Source: Bacteroidota bacterium
GTDB lineage: Bacteria; Bacteroidota; Bacteroidia; Bacteroidales; F082
Length of the DNA: 64,000 nt
Assembly (NCBI GenBank): GCA_016715945.1
Contig: JADJXJ010000001.1
Span: 1,599,367-1,663,366 of the forward strand
Direction: 5' to 3'
A model generated the notes under the pieces. The model searched no databases. It saw only the letters and a program-made list of their open reading frames with translations, and was not told the origin of the DNA. The position numbers and the translations under genes are program-made. Positions 45,103 to 54,730 of this stretch are shown here, one piece after another; the stretch's first letter is position 1; each line of letters starts with the position of its first letter.

Positions 45103-46239
45103 TTATCGGATGATGAATTTTGACCTCAGGCCATCGCTCGTTGTGAGCAAAAAGACACCTTTACCGATGCCGGGAAAACTTACCTGGCCGGAAGACAGCT
45201 GTTTGGTGGCAATGAGGCGGCCTGTGAGGTCGTACAGGCTGATTCTTCGTGGTTTATCATCCGGCAAGGTAATTTCGACACCTTGCCCGGTTTGACGCAG
45301 GCCGACTGGTCTGGGGTTCAGGGCAAGCTGCTGACCGGTTGAGGTGACCAGCCCGTTGATGGTATATTGTTTGAAAAAGCGCCAGATTTCTTCGCTGGCG
45401 CTGAAGTCCATATTGGTGATGTTGATGTTGATCGGGGCACCGGGCCAGGAATGGCCGCCTCCGAGCACCTTATAATGAATGATGCTGGTGCCGTTCTGCC
45501 CCCCAGCGTAGGTATGCCTTTCGGCGGTGCAGCCATCGTTGGGATTGATGTCGGGCAAAGGATAGATCTCCGGTGTGGAGGATGTGCCATTGAAGCCCAC
45601 CCAGAAGTTGAGCAGGTTTTGCACCGGGGCAAAGAAAAAGTTTCCGTTGTAGGGCACGGTGGCATCGGCAGTGCCATGAATCTGCATCACGGCAAGCGGG
45701 CGTTGGGGCTGACATGCTCCCAGGTTGATATTGGTCATGGTGCCGGTTACTGAGGCGATAGCTGCGATGCGATTGCCAAGTTGGCATGCCAGCTGGAAGC
45801 TCATAAATCCCCCATTGCTCATTCCGGTGGCATACACCCTGGCAGGGTCGATATTCAGGCTTGCGGAGAGGGTATCAATGAGTGAAGAGATGAAACCCAC
45901 ATCATCCACGTTGGAGGTGCCAAAGGTATTCCAGTGCAGGGTATTCGAGAAGTCGGGGGTGCCATTGGGATGCACAATCAGGAAACCGGCAGTGTCGGCA
46001 ATGGGCTTAAAATTTGAGTAGAGCTCCTGCTCGATATTGTTCGAACCGTAACCGTGCAGGTTTATAATTAAAGGAGTCGGCACTGCAGCATTGTATGCAG
46101 GCGGAACATACACCCGGTAGGTACGTTGCAATCCGCCATGGACAAAACCTCCTGTAAGTGTTGTTTGCGATGAGGCTTTACCCGGGGTCAGGCAAATAAG
46201 CAGAAGAAGCAGCAGGTATGGTTTGAACAAAGGGAGCAT
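45103..46239 (-). CDS. secreted alpha/beta-hydrolase esterase (PHB-depolymerase/LpqC-type) with T9SS C-terminal domain
   Basis: Signal peptide from ATG 46239. YRVYVPPAYN...LIINLHGYGS, nucleophile elbow GMSNGG. C-terminal about 80 aa form a beta-sandwich tail ending GVFLLTTSDGLRSKFIIR. Confidence 0.75.
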   Translation of the reverse strand: MLPLFKPYLLLLLLICLTPGKASSQTTLTGGFVHGGLQRTYRVYVPPAYNAAVPTPLIINLHGYGSNNIEQELYSNFKPIADTAGFLIVHPNGTPDFSNTLHWNTFGTSNVDDVGFISSLIDTLSASLNIDPARVYATGMSNGGFMSFQLACQLGNRIAAIASVTGTMTNINLGACQPQRPLAVMQIHGTADATVPYNGNFFFAPVQNLLNFWVGFNGTSSTPEIYPLPDINPNDGCTAERHTYAGGQNGTSIIHYKVLGGGHSWPGAPININITNMDFSASEEIWRFFKQYTINGLVTSTGQQLALNPRPVGLRQTGQGVEITLPDDKPRRISLYDLTGRLIATKQLSSGQVSFPGIGKGVFLLTTSDGLRSKFIIR

Positions 46240-46285
46240 GTTTTTTTTGGCAAATGTAATGATCCTTTGGCGCATGAGCTGTGCA

Positions 46286-46747
46286 TCAGGGCCTTGTTTC
46301 AAAGAGCCGGGTGATGACCCTTTGACGGTATTTGAAGATGCCCTCCACTTTCTTTCTGACGAGGATTTTGTGTGCCAATGTACCGAGTGGTCCGAATGGC
46401 AGGGCATAGCTGACAATATCCGTCATCTCCACTCCCCCATCCACTTCTACAAAATGATGTTCGTGGTGCCACATTTTGTAGGGACCAATGCGCTGTTCGT
46501 CCACGAAAAATTTTTGTTCGGACACATGGGTGATTTCGGTAACCCACAACATTGGGAAACCAAACAGGGGTTTCACCCTGTAGGCAATAATTTGTCCGGG
46601 ATACATTTTTCCTTCTCCCCCGACGAGGATATCGAAACCCATGTGTGATGGGGTAATTTGCTTAAGGTTTTTGGGCGAGCTGAAAAAGTCCCATACTGTC
46701 TTGAGGTCAGACTTGATGAATGTTTTTTCGGTAAGCTGGTAGATCAT
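46286..46747 (-). CDS. SRPBCC-superfamily (START/Bet v1-like) protein
   Basis: 153 aa from ATG 46747: LKTVWDFFSSPKNLKQITP...WHHEHHF. Confidence 0.6.
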   Translation of the reverse strand: MIYQLTEKTFIKSDLKTVWDFFSSPKNLKQITPSHMGFDILVGGEGKMYPGQIIAYRVKPLFGFPMLWVTEITHVSEQKFFVDEQRIGPYKMWHHEHHFVEVDGGVEMTDIVSYALPFGPLGTLAHKILVRKKVEGIFKYRQRVITRLFETRP

Positions 46748-46935
46748 GTTGTTTTTTCTGGGAAACAAAATGATCGGACAAAAGTTGGGCTCCCGGATTT
46801 ATAAAGCATGTTAAAAAATCAAATCAGGCTGAATGCAACGGTTTTCGGAGGCCGGCATGTAATTGCTGCAAGTTGAAGTGCTGGTGTGACAATGCAATTT
46901 CTATCTTTATGGCACAAATCTGTTAACCAACGCTT

Positions 46936-48291
46936 ATGCACGCTAAAAAACCCCGACTCACCTTCTGGCAGATCTGGAACATGAGTTTTGGATTTATGGG
47001 TATTCAGATGGGCTTTGCGCTTCAGAATGCCAATGCCAGCCGCATTTTACAAACCTTTGGTGCCGATGTGGAGCATCTTTCCTGGTTTTGGCTGGTGGCT
47101 CCGCTCACCGGCATGATCGTACAGCCGATCATTGGTCATTACAGCGACCGCACCTGGAACCGTCTGGGCAGGCGGCGACCCTATTTTCTCACCGGAGCCA
47201 TACTTGCCTCCATCGGATTGATATTGATGCCCAACTCACCCATGTTTGCAAGCGTGCTTCCGGCGCTTTGGGTTGGTGCAGGCATGCTGATGATCATGGA
47301 TGCCAGTTTCAACATTGCCATGGAACCTTTCCGGGCGCTGGTGGCCGACAAGCTGCCATCCGAGCAGCGTACCCTGGGATTTTCGGTACAAACCCTGCTG
47401 ATTGGTATTGGTGCCGTTGTTGGTTCGTGGCTGCCCTATATCATGACAAATTTGTTTGGCTTCAACGAACTGGCTGATGAAGGGCAGGTGCCATTCAGCC
47501 TTATTCTGTCATTTATTGTGGGTGCGGTGGTATTGCTTTCCACGATCATCTGGACTGTTAGTACTACCTCGGAATATCCACCGGAGGTGCAGGCTTCGTT
47601 TGACGACCATCATGAGGCAGGCCACGAATCTTCGGGGGGCTTTCTGGATATTTTCCGCGACTTTGCCCACATGCCACAGACCATGAGGCAGCTGGGTGTG
47701 GTACAATTTTTTTCCTGGTTTGCCCTGTTTTCGATGTGGGTGTTTACCACACCTGCCCTGGCTGAGCACGTCTGGGGACTTCCGGCCGAGGACAGGCACT
47801 CGGCAGCCTTCAACGAAGCTGCGGATTACGTGGGGGTTATTTTCGGGGTGTACAACCTGGTTGCTGCCCTGTTTGCCATGATGCTGCCTGTGATTGCAGC
47901 AAAGGTGGGACGCAGGATGACCCACAGCATTTGCCTTACCCTGGGAGGACTTGGATTGATATCGACCGTTTTGATCACCTCACCCGAGATGAAATGGTTG
48001 CTTAATCTGAGCATGGTGGGTGTTGGTATTGCCTGGGCTTCCATTCTGGCCATGCCCTATGCCATTCTTGCGGGCTCAATTCCCACCAACAAGATGGGGG
48101 TTTACATGGGTATCTTCAACTTTTTCATCACTTTCCCCCAGATTGTGAACGGTATTTTCGGCGGACCGATCGTGAAATATTTTTACAACGGACACGCCAT
48201 TTATGCCCTTGTTACCGCAGGCATCATGATGATCCTCGGAGCAATCTCGGTGATTTTTGTAAAAGATGTGGACGACGTGGTAAAGCGCTGA
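46936..48291 (+). CDS. MFS sugar transporter, SLC45/GPH-like (probable maltose/maltodextrin or sucrose carrier)
   Basis: 12 TM helices: FWQIWNMSFGFMGIQMGFALQNANASRILQ...GHYSDRTWNRLGRRRPYF. Confidence 0.8.
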   Translation: MHAKKPRLTFWQIWNMSFGFMGIQMGFALQNANASRILQTFGADVEHLSWFWLVAPLTGMIVQPIIGHYSDRTWNRLGRRRPYFLTGAILASIGLILMPNSPMFASVLPALWVGAGMLMIMDASFNIAMEPFRALVADKLPSEQRTLGFSVQTLLIGIGAVVGSWLPYIMTNLFGFNELADEGQVPFSLILSFIVGAVVLLSTIIWTVSTTSEYPPEVQASFDDHHEAGHESSGGFLDIFRDFAHMPQTMRQLGVVQFFSWFALFSMWVFTTPALAEHVWGLPAEDRHSAAFNEAADYVGVIFGVYNLVAALFAMMLPVIAAKVGRRMTHSICLTLGGLGLISTVLITSPEMKWLLNLSMVGVGIAWASILAMPYAILAGSIPTNKMGVYMGIFNFFITFPQIVNGIFGGPIVKYFYNGHAIYALVTAGIMMILGAISVIFVKDVDDVVKR

Positions 48292-48320
48292 TTTTAAGCT
48301 AACAACGACTTATACCAAAG

Positions 48321-48356
48321 ATGCGGGCGGAGTTTATTCGTCCGCATTTTTATTTT
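48321..48356 (+). terminator. rho-independent terminator for the MFS gene, embedded in the last codons of the convergent glgB
   Basis: ATGCGGGCG-gagtttatt-CGTCCGCAT (9-bp stem, one G-U) followed by TTTTATTTT. The loop contains the glgB stop codon (48334-48336). Confidence 0.65.
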
Positions 48357-50373
48357 CCACCGGGCGAAGGACAAGGGCGGCCCGGTTGACGTTGTAGATC
48401 TTCATGCGTGGCTGCCCGTCTTCGCCCAGGTACGATGGGTAATGCAGGGAGGTATCCACGCGTCCGAGGCCACCAAAGGCAGGGTCGTCGGTGCTGATGA
48501 CAATCTCGTAATCGCCGGTTTCGCGCAGCGCGATTTCGTAATCCGGGACAGCGGCAGTGGGGTGCCAGTTGAAAACGAAGATATGTCGGTTGCGTTCGAA
48601 TACGATGGTTTTGTTTGCTTCGTCCGTCATGAGCTTCCACGGAGGCAGGGCAAGCATGATGTTTTCGTTTTTCACGAAATTGATCATAGCCCGGTCGAAA
48701 TCGCCCAGCCAGTGATACTTCAGGTAGTCTTTATCGGCCAGCGACCATTGCCTGCGGGCATATTTATAGCTCCAGCGGTTGCCTTCGCGCGGAAAGTCGA
48801 TCCACTCTGGATGACCAAACTCGTTCCCCATGAAATTGAGCCAGGCTTCGCCACCAAGGGTAATGGTAAACAGGCGGATCATTTTGTGCAGGGCGATGCC
48901 GCGGTCGATGATCAGACTCTGGGTTTCTTTGCTCATGAAGAAGTACATTTCCTTGTCCATGAGCCTGAACGCGATTGTTTTATCGCCCACCAGGGCCTGG
49001 TCGTGCGATTCGGCATAAGCCACTGTTTTGGTTGTAAACAGCCGGTTGGTCATGGTGTGAAACATTTCATCCATGTTCCACTGCTCGTCGCTGTAATCCT
49101 TGAGGTAACGGATCCAGAAATCAGGCAGTCCCATACCGAGCCGGTAGTCGAATCCAATTCCACCGTCGGCAATCGGGCTGCAAAGGCCGGGCATGCCGCT
49201 TACTTCCTCGGCTATGGACACGGCATCGGGATTGATCTGATGGATCAGCGTATTAGCCAGTTGCAGATAGGTAATGGCATCGTATTCCACCCCATCGTAG
49301 AAATAATGCTCGGGGCGGTCGAACTGCACCCCGTGTCCGTGATGGAAATAGATCATGGAGGTAACGCCGTCGAAGCGATAGCCGTCGAAGCGGAAATCGG
49401 TGAGCCAGTAACGCACATTGCTGAGGAGGAACTGCATCACCTCGTCTTTTCCGTAGTTGAACAGCTTGGAGTCCCACTGCGGATGGTCGCCGCGCGGGCC
49501 GGGGTGGGTGTATTGGTAATCGGTACCATCGAAGAGATTCAGCCCTTCGCGGGTGTTTTTCACTGTGTGTGAGTGCACCAGGTCCATGATGACCAGCAAT
49601 CCGAGCTTATGGGCTTCATCCACAAGTTGTTTCAGCTCTTCGGGTGTGCCGAAACGTGAACTGGGCGCAAAAAAATTGCTGACATGGTAACCAAAGGAAC
49701 CATAGTATGGGTGCTCGGCTATTGCCATCAGCTGAACGGCATTGTAGCCGGCTTTGACGATGCGGGGCAGAATGAATTTGCGGAATTCTTCGTAAGTGCC
49801 CACACCTTCTTTTTCCTGGGCCATACCCACATGGGCCTCGTAGATGAGCAGGGGTTCACCGGGCCGGAGCTTTGGTGCTTTGTGTTTAAACTTGTATGGC
49901 CTGGGCGGATTCCAGAGCTGACCACTGAAGTCTTTGGTAAACTCGTCCTGCACTACCCTCTTGATATACACCGGGATGCGCTCATGCTCGCCCAGCTGGC
50001 TCTGGACGATGACTTTAAGCAGACTCTCGTGGACGAACCTGCCGGCGTATGTCCGGTCGTCGAGAAAGATCTCCCAGATGCCGCGGCCGTTGTTCACCAG
50101 GGGATGACTGTATTTGTTCCATTGGTTGAAGTCGCCCATCAGAAACAAGGCCCGGGCATTGGGCGCCCACTCGCGATACCACCAGCCTTTGCGCACCTTG
50201 TCGTAGTTGAAGCCAAAGAGGCTGTCGGCCCGGGCAAAGGCATCGAGGCTGCCGTATATTCTGTTGATGTACTCCAGGCGGTTCTGATAACGTTCGTAGC
50301 GATGCGCAACAGCCTCGCTTACCGGCTCGAGCCATGGATCGTCGGCCACTAGTTTCATGGGGATAGGCGCCAT
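48334..50373 (-). CDS. glgB: 1,4-alpha-glucan branching enzyme, GH13 (eukaryote-like subfamily type)
   Basis: 679 aa: WWYREWAPNARALFLMGDFNQWN, GLLVIMDLVHSH, FRFDGVTSM, AESHDQ. Conserved GH13 regions I-IV. Confidence 0.8.
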   Translation of the reverse strand: MAPIPMKLVADDPWLEPVSEAVAHRYERYQNRLEYINRIYGSLDAFARADSLFGFNYDKVRKGWWYREWAPNARALFLMGDFNQWNKYSHPLVNNGRGIWEIFLDDRTYAGRFVHESLLKVIVQSQLGEHERIPVYIKRVVQDEFTKDFSGQLWNPPRPYKFKHKAPKLRPGEPLLIYEAHVGMAQEKEGVGTYEEFRKFILPRIVKAGYNAVQLMAIAEHPYYGSFGYHVSNFFAPSSRFGTPEELKQLVDEAHKLGLLVIMDLVHSHTVKNTREGLNLFDGTDYQYTHPGPRGDHPQWDSKLFNYGKDEVMQFLLSNVRYWLTDFRFDGYRFDGVTSMIYFHHGHGVQFDRPEHYFYDGVEYDAITYLQLANTLIHQINPDAVSIAEEVSGMPGLCSPIADGGIGFDYRLGMGLPDFWIRYLKDYSDEQWNMDEMFHTMTNRLFTTKTVAYAESHDQALVGDKTIAFRLMDKEMYFFMSKETQSLIIDRGIALHKMIRLFTITLGGEAWLNFMGNEFGHPEWIDFPREGNRWSYKYARRQWSLADKDYLKYHWLGDFDRAMINFVKNENIMLALPPWKLMTDEANKTIVFERNRHIFVFNWHPTAAVPDYEIALRETGDYEIVISTDDPAFGGLGRVDTSLHYPSYLGEDGQPRMKIYNVNRAALVLRPVENKNADE

Positions 50374-50378
50374 AACGG

Positions 50379-52091
50379 TCAGTAATGTGGATGAAGCTCA
50401 AAGATAGCAAAGTTAGCCGGCGGAACGCTTACTTGGCATCCGGTTTCAATAAACGATCTGCCTTCGGTTTCTTCATCGGCTTGGCCTTTGCCCAACACAA
50501 GCTTCATCCTGAAACAGGGAAGTTGCGCCGCATCAAAACCCATGGCTTCGAAGGCATCGAAAGGAATATTGAGTTGCATGGTACGCGATTCCGATTTGTT
50601 GAAGTTGGCCACGATGACGAGCCTTTGGTGCGTTGAATATCGCAGAAAGGCATAAACGAATCTGGGATCGAAATTGGTGAACCAGGGGTTGGCCCACATC
50701 AGGTCGTAGAAGAGGCCTTCGCGCAGGGCTGGTAGCGTGAGGCGGGCTTGGAGGATTTCCTGATATGCCTGACGCAGAAGTTTCTGATCGTACGTGAGGA
50801 GCGCGCCGTCGCAGGCGCCCTGGTTGAACCATTGCTGGTGCTGCCGCATGGCACAGTAATCGAAAATAGAGGTACGGCCATCATCGCCTGAGAAGCCGGT
50901 GGCTCCGGCAGCTGTTTCGCCGCTTTCCTGACCGTTGTAGATCATAAAAGCACATGGATGCATGAATGCCGCAACAGCCAATGCCGGCAATGCCGACAAT
51001 GGCCGGATGCCTGCCTGCCATGATGCCAGCCGCAGCTCGTCGTGGTTCTCAAGGAAACGAAGCATGCGGTGATTGAGCCCCTCGGTCTGGCGCCAGCACT
51101 GGCTCAGGTCTTTGGCCTCGTGGCCATGACACATGATGTTGATCAGTTTGTCGTAAAGCCCGACCTTGTCATAGAGAAAATCGAATCCCGCTCCGGCATA
51201 ATCGTGATAACGGCCCGGCTGGTACACTTCGGCAACAAACAACAGACCGGGAAACTTGTCTTTCAGGTTGCTGATGGCCCATTTCCAGAAGGCCACAGGC
51301 ACCATTTCGGCCATATCGGTTCTGAAACCGTCGATGCCTTTTTCTGCCCAGTATTGCAGGATTCCAAGCATCTTGTGCCAGGTATCGGGCACAGGATCAA
51401 AATGTTGCTCCAGAAAATGAAAATAATCCACCCCGTAGTTGAGCTTTACCGTTTCGAACCAATCGGTGATAGATGGCGTGGGGCTGAAACAATCGTTGCC
51501 TGTCACGCGGGCCGGTTGCTCCAGATACAGCTCCTCGGAATGATACATAGGATTTTCCCGTTTCGGAGGCACAAAGGTTTGTCCGACAAGGTAGTAGAAG
51601 TTATTCTGAGGATCGAAGCCCAGGTTTTTGTTGTCGTTTTCGCCAAGATCTGCGGTATCCGGGGGCCTTTGCAGCGACTTGTACTGACGTGCAACATGGT
51701 TGGGGATGAAATCGATCATCACTTTCAGTCCGGCATCATGGATGCGTTGCACCAGGGCTTCAAATTCCTGCATTCGCCGGGGCACATCGTCGGCCAGGTC
51801 AGGGTCAACATCGTAATAATCCATGATGGCATAGGGCGAACCTGCCCTTCCCTTCACCAGTGCAGGATGGCTGTCGGGGATGCCATAGCCGGAATAGCTT
51901 GTGAGTTTGGCATGGCGAATGATACCTGTGAGCCAGATGTGGGTGATGCCCAGTTCGCGTAGTGCCTCAATAGCCCTGCTGCTGATGTGGCTGAACCTGC
52001 CACAGCCATTCTCCCCGATTGTGCCATTGAAGCGTTGCTGGGCCGAGGTGTTGCCGAAAAGGCGCGGGAAAAGCTGGTAGATGTTGATCAT
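50379..52091 (-). CDS. alpha-amylase-family glycoside hydrolase (GH13), cytoplasmic
   Basis: 570 aa with no signal peptide: GITHIWLTGI, MIDFIPNHVA, GFRTDMAEMV, FLENHDE. Confidence 0.85.
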   Translation of the reverse strand: MINIYQLFPRLFGNTSAQQRFNGTIGENGCGRFSHISSRAIEALRELGITHIWLTGIIRHAKLTSYSGYGIPDSHPALVKGRAGSPYAIMDYYDVDPDLADDVPRRMQEFEALVQRIHDAGLKVMIDFIPNHVARQYKSLQRPPDTADLGENDNKNLGFDPQNNFYYLVGQTFVPPKRENPMYHSEELYLEQPARVTGNDCFSPTPSITDWFETVKLNYGVDYFHFLEQHFDPVPDTWHKMLGILQYWAEKGIDGFRTDMAEMVPVAFWKWAISNLKDKFPGLLFVAEVYQPGRYHDYAGAGFDFLYDKVGLYDKLINIMCHGHEAKDLSQCWRQTEGLNHRMLRFLENHDELRLASWQAGIRPLSALPALAVAAFMHPCAFMIYNGQESGETAAGATGFSGDDGRTSIFDYCAMRQHQQWFNQGACDGALLTYDQKLLRQAYQEILQARLTLPALREGLFYDLMWANPWFTNFDPRFVYAFLRYSTHQRLVIVANFNKSESRTMQLNIPFDAFEAMGFDAAQLPCFRMKLVLGKGQADEETEGRSFIETGCQVSVPPANFAIFELHPHY

Positions 52092-52183
52092 CCTGATTGG
52101 TTAGGTCACAAAGATACGTGCTTTTAGCTACACTGGGGCAGCTGGCCGAGGGGCAGGCTGCGGTGGCCAAAGGCAAAAAGTCG

Positions 52184-52191
52184 TAATTTTG
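52184..52191 (+). promoter_or_regulatory. candidate -7 box TAATTTTG upstream of gldF
   Basis: Matches TAnnTTTG. Lies 24 nt upstream of ATG 52215. Confidence 0.45.
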
Positions 52192-52214
52192 TGCGATAAC
52201 GCAACACGCGCCAA

Positions 52215-52946
52215 ATGCTTGCGCTCTTCAGAAAAGAAATCAGCAGCTTTCTCAGTTCTCTGACCGGATACCTGGTCATCGTTGTCTTTTTGTTGGTCAA
52301 CGGTCTGTTTTTGTGGGTGTTTCCAACTGAGTTCAACATCCTGGATTTTGGTTATGCCAATCTGGATGGCCTGTTTATCATTGCACCTTTTGTGTTTTTA
52401 TTTCTGGTGCCGGCCGTCACTATGCGATCGTTTGCCGAGGAGCGCAAATCGGGCACCATCGAAATGTTGCTTACCAAGCCGCTGACCGACCTGCAGATCA
52501 TCATGGCCAAATATCTGGCTGCCGTGGCCCTGGTACTATTTTCGCTCTTGCCTACACTGGTTTATTATGTCACTGTTTATCAGCTTGGTTTGCCTCCGGG
52601 CAACCTCGACAGCGGGGGGATATGGGGTGCATACATCGGATTGTTTTTTCTGGGCGCATCGTTTGCCGCCATCGGGCTGTTCAGCAGCAGCATCACCGAC
52701 AATCAGATCCTTTCGTTTGTGTTGGCCGTGCTGCTGAGCGGATTTATTCATGCCGGCTTCGAATTCATTTACTCTCTTTCGCTTTTTGGCCCTGTTGACC
52801 TGTTTATCAAACAATTGGGCATAGCGGCGCACTACAGCTCGATCAGCCGTGGCGTTATCGACACCCGCGATGTGGTGTATTTTCTCAGCCTGATCGCCTT
52901 GTTTCTTTCATTGACAAAACTTGTACTGGCCAGCAGGAAATGGTAA
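52215..52946 (+). CDS. gldF: gliding-motility-associated ABC transporter permease GldF
   Basis: 243 aa ABC-2-type permease: MLALFRKEISSFLSSLTGYLVI...EERKSGTIEMLLTKP. Followed by gldG with a 7-nt overlap. Confidence 0.85.
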   Translation: MLALFRKEISSFLSSLTGYLVIVVFLLVNGLFLWVFPTEFNILDFGYANLDGLFIIAPFVFLFLVPAVTMRSFAEERKSGTIEMLLTKPLTDLQIIMAKYLAAVALVLFSLLPTLVYYVTVYQLGLPPGNLDSGGIWGAYIGLFFLGASFAAIGLFSSSITDNQILSFVLAVLLSGFIHAGFEFIYSLSLFGPVDLFIKQLGIAAHYSSISRGVIDTRDVVYFLSLIALFLSLTKLVLASRKW

Positions 52947-54718
52947 AAAAGCAATCACAGAGGCTTATCAGCAAATCGAGGGACATCAGGCGCGAAAACC
53001 TGTTGTCGTTTGGGCTGTTGCTGGTAATCATCATTGTATCGAACATCATCAGTTCCTATTTATTTACCCGCATCGACCTGACCAGCGAGAAACGCTATAC
53101 CCTGGCGCCTGCCACCAAGGAATTGCTACGTTCGGTGGACGATTATGTGTTTTTCAGGGTTTACCTCGAAGGTGATTTTCCGGCCGGATTCAAAAAACTC
53201 AGGCGCGAAACCAAGGAAATGCTCGACGAGTTCAGGGCATATAACAAACTCATCGGTTATGAATTTGTCAACCCTCTGGCCACTGGAAACGCACGCGAAA
53301 TTGACGAAACCATCAAAACGCTGACCGACAAGGGGTTGCGCCCAACCGAACTGCAGGTTAGAGCCACCGACGGCGCACAGCAGAAGATCATCTTTCCCGG
53401 TGCACTGGTGATGTACCGCGACAAGGAATTGCCGCTCGACCTGCTGGACCAGCAACTGAACACCCCTCCGGAAATGGTGATCAACAACTCGGTGCAAAAC
53501 CTGGAGTTTAAGCTGGCCGATATTATCCGAAAACTATCGCAGCTGCAAAAACCTGCATTGGCATTTATCGAAGGGCATGGCGAGCTCAACGAAGCTGAGG
53601 TGCACGACCTCACCCAGTCGCTGCTGCCTAACTACCGGGTTGACCGCATCACCATCGACGGGAGGATTTACGCCCTTACCCGCCGCTCGGAGCCTGATGC
53701 TTCGGGCAATGTGCGCATTCTGCCCAATTACGAAGCCATCATAATAGCAAAGCCCACACAAGCTTTCAGCGAAAAAGACAAGTTTATCATCGACCAGTAC
53801 ATCATGTACGGCGGCAAGGTGCTCTGGCTGGTCGATCCGGTGCTGGCCAGCATGGACAGCCTGCAGATGAACGAATCCACCGTGGGTGTTGACCTCGACC
53901 TGAAGCTGGATGACATGCTATATAAGTATGGTGTGCGACTGAACCGCAACCTGGTGCTCGACCTCAACTCAGCCTCCATTCCCCTGCGTACCGGACAGGT
54001 GGGCGGTCAGGCCCAGATTGAGTTTTTCAGGTGGCCCTATTTCCCCCTGCTCAATCAGGCTTCGAACCACCCCATTGTGCGCAACATCAACAGCATCAAA
54101 GCCGACTTTGTGAGCAGTATCGACACCACCATGGACGAAACAATCCGGAAGACACCCCTGCTGAAAACTTCCGACTACTCGCGCATATCGCTCACACCTG
54201 TGCTGATCAGCCTTGCCATGCTGCGCGAAAACCCCGATCCCCGCATGTATAACCGTCCGGGTCAGATCGCAGCCTACCTGCTCGAAGGCAGCTTTACTTC
54301 GCTCTATGCCAACCGCATCCCGCCCGAAATTGCCGACAGCCGTGAGATAGGTTTTAAAGAAGAAAGCAAACCCACTGCCATGATCGTGGTGGCCGATGGC
54401 GATATTGCCCGAAACCAGTTTCATGTGCCCCGTGGCTATCCCCTGCCGCTCGGATTTGACCAATACACCCGCAGAACTTACGGAAATAAAGACTTCATGC
54501 TCAACGCCATAAGTTATCTGGCCGACGACACCAAACTCATCAGCATCCGCTCGCGCGAAATCAAGATGAGGCTGCTCGACACCAATAAAGCCAACGCCAT
54601 GCGGCTTCGGCTGCAGGTGATCAACATCGCCCTGCCGGTGCTGCTTGTGATTACTTTTGGCCTTCTGATGGCATGGAGAAGAAAAAAACGCTACCAGAAA
54701 CCCTTCGCCTCAAAATAG
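52940..54718 (+). CDS. gldG: gliding-motility-associated ABC transporter auxiliary protein GldG
   Basis: 592 aa with N- and C-terminal TM anchors around a large periplasmic domain: TSEKRYTLAPATKELL... Confidence 0.85.
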   Translation: MVKKQSQRLISKSRDIRRENLLSFGLLLVIIIVSNIISSYLFTRIDLTSEKRYTLAPATKELLRSVDDYVFFRVYLEGDFPAGFKKLRRETKEMLDEFRAYNKLIGYEFVNPLATGNAREIDETIKTLTDKGLRPTELQVRATDGAQQKIIFPGALVMYRDKELPLDLLDQQLNTPPEMVINNSVQNLEFKLADIIRKLSQLQKPALAFIEGHGELNEAEVHDLTQSLLPNYRVDRITIDGRIYALTRRSEPDASGNVRILPNYEAIIIAKPTQAFSEKDKFIIDQYIMYGGKVLWLVDPVLASMDSLQMNESTVGVDLDLKLDDMLYKYGVRLNRNLVLDLNSASIPLRTGQVGGQAQIEFFRWPYFPLLNQASNHPIVRNINSIKADFVSSIDTTMDETIRKTPLLKTSDYSRISLTPVLISLAMLRENPDPRMYNRPGQIAAYLLEGSFTSLYANRIPPEIADSREIGFKEESKPTAMIVVADGDIARNQFHVPRGYPLPLGFDQYTRRTYGNKDFMLNAISYLADDTKLISIRSREIKMRLLDTNKANAMRLRLQVINIALPVLLVITFGLLMAWRRKKRYQKPFASK

Positions 54719-54730
54719 AATAAGCACACA

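Noticed and set aside
45086-45104. Hairpin AACGG-TAC-CCGTT followed by T8, considered as a terminator
   Set aside because: The T-tract is on the plus strand, but no plus-strand gene lies upstream. For the minus-strand esterase gene the hairpin is preceded, not followed, by the U-run. The stem is only 5 bp with a 3-nt loop. It could equally be an operator near the Rrf2 promoter, so the call is left open.
48442-51962. Long plus-strand ORFs (48442-49572, 49684-50352, 51042-51962)
   Set aside because: All lie antisense to the two GH13 genes, whose conserved regions I-IV are readable. These are shadow ORFs.
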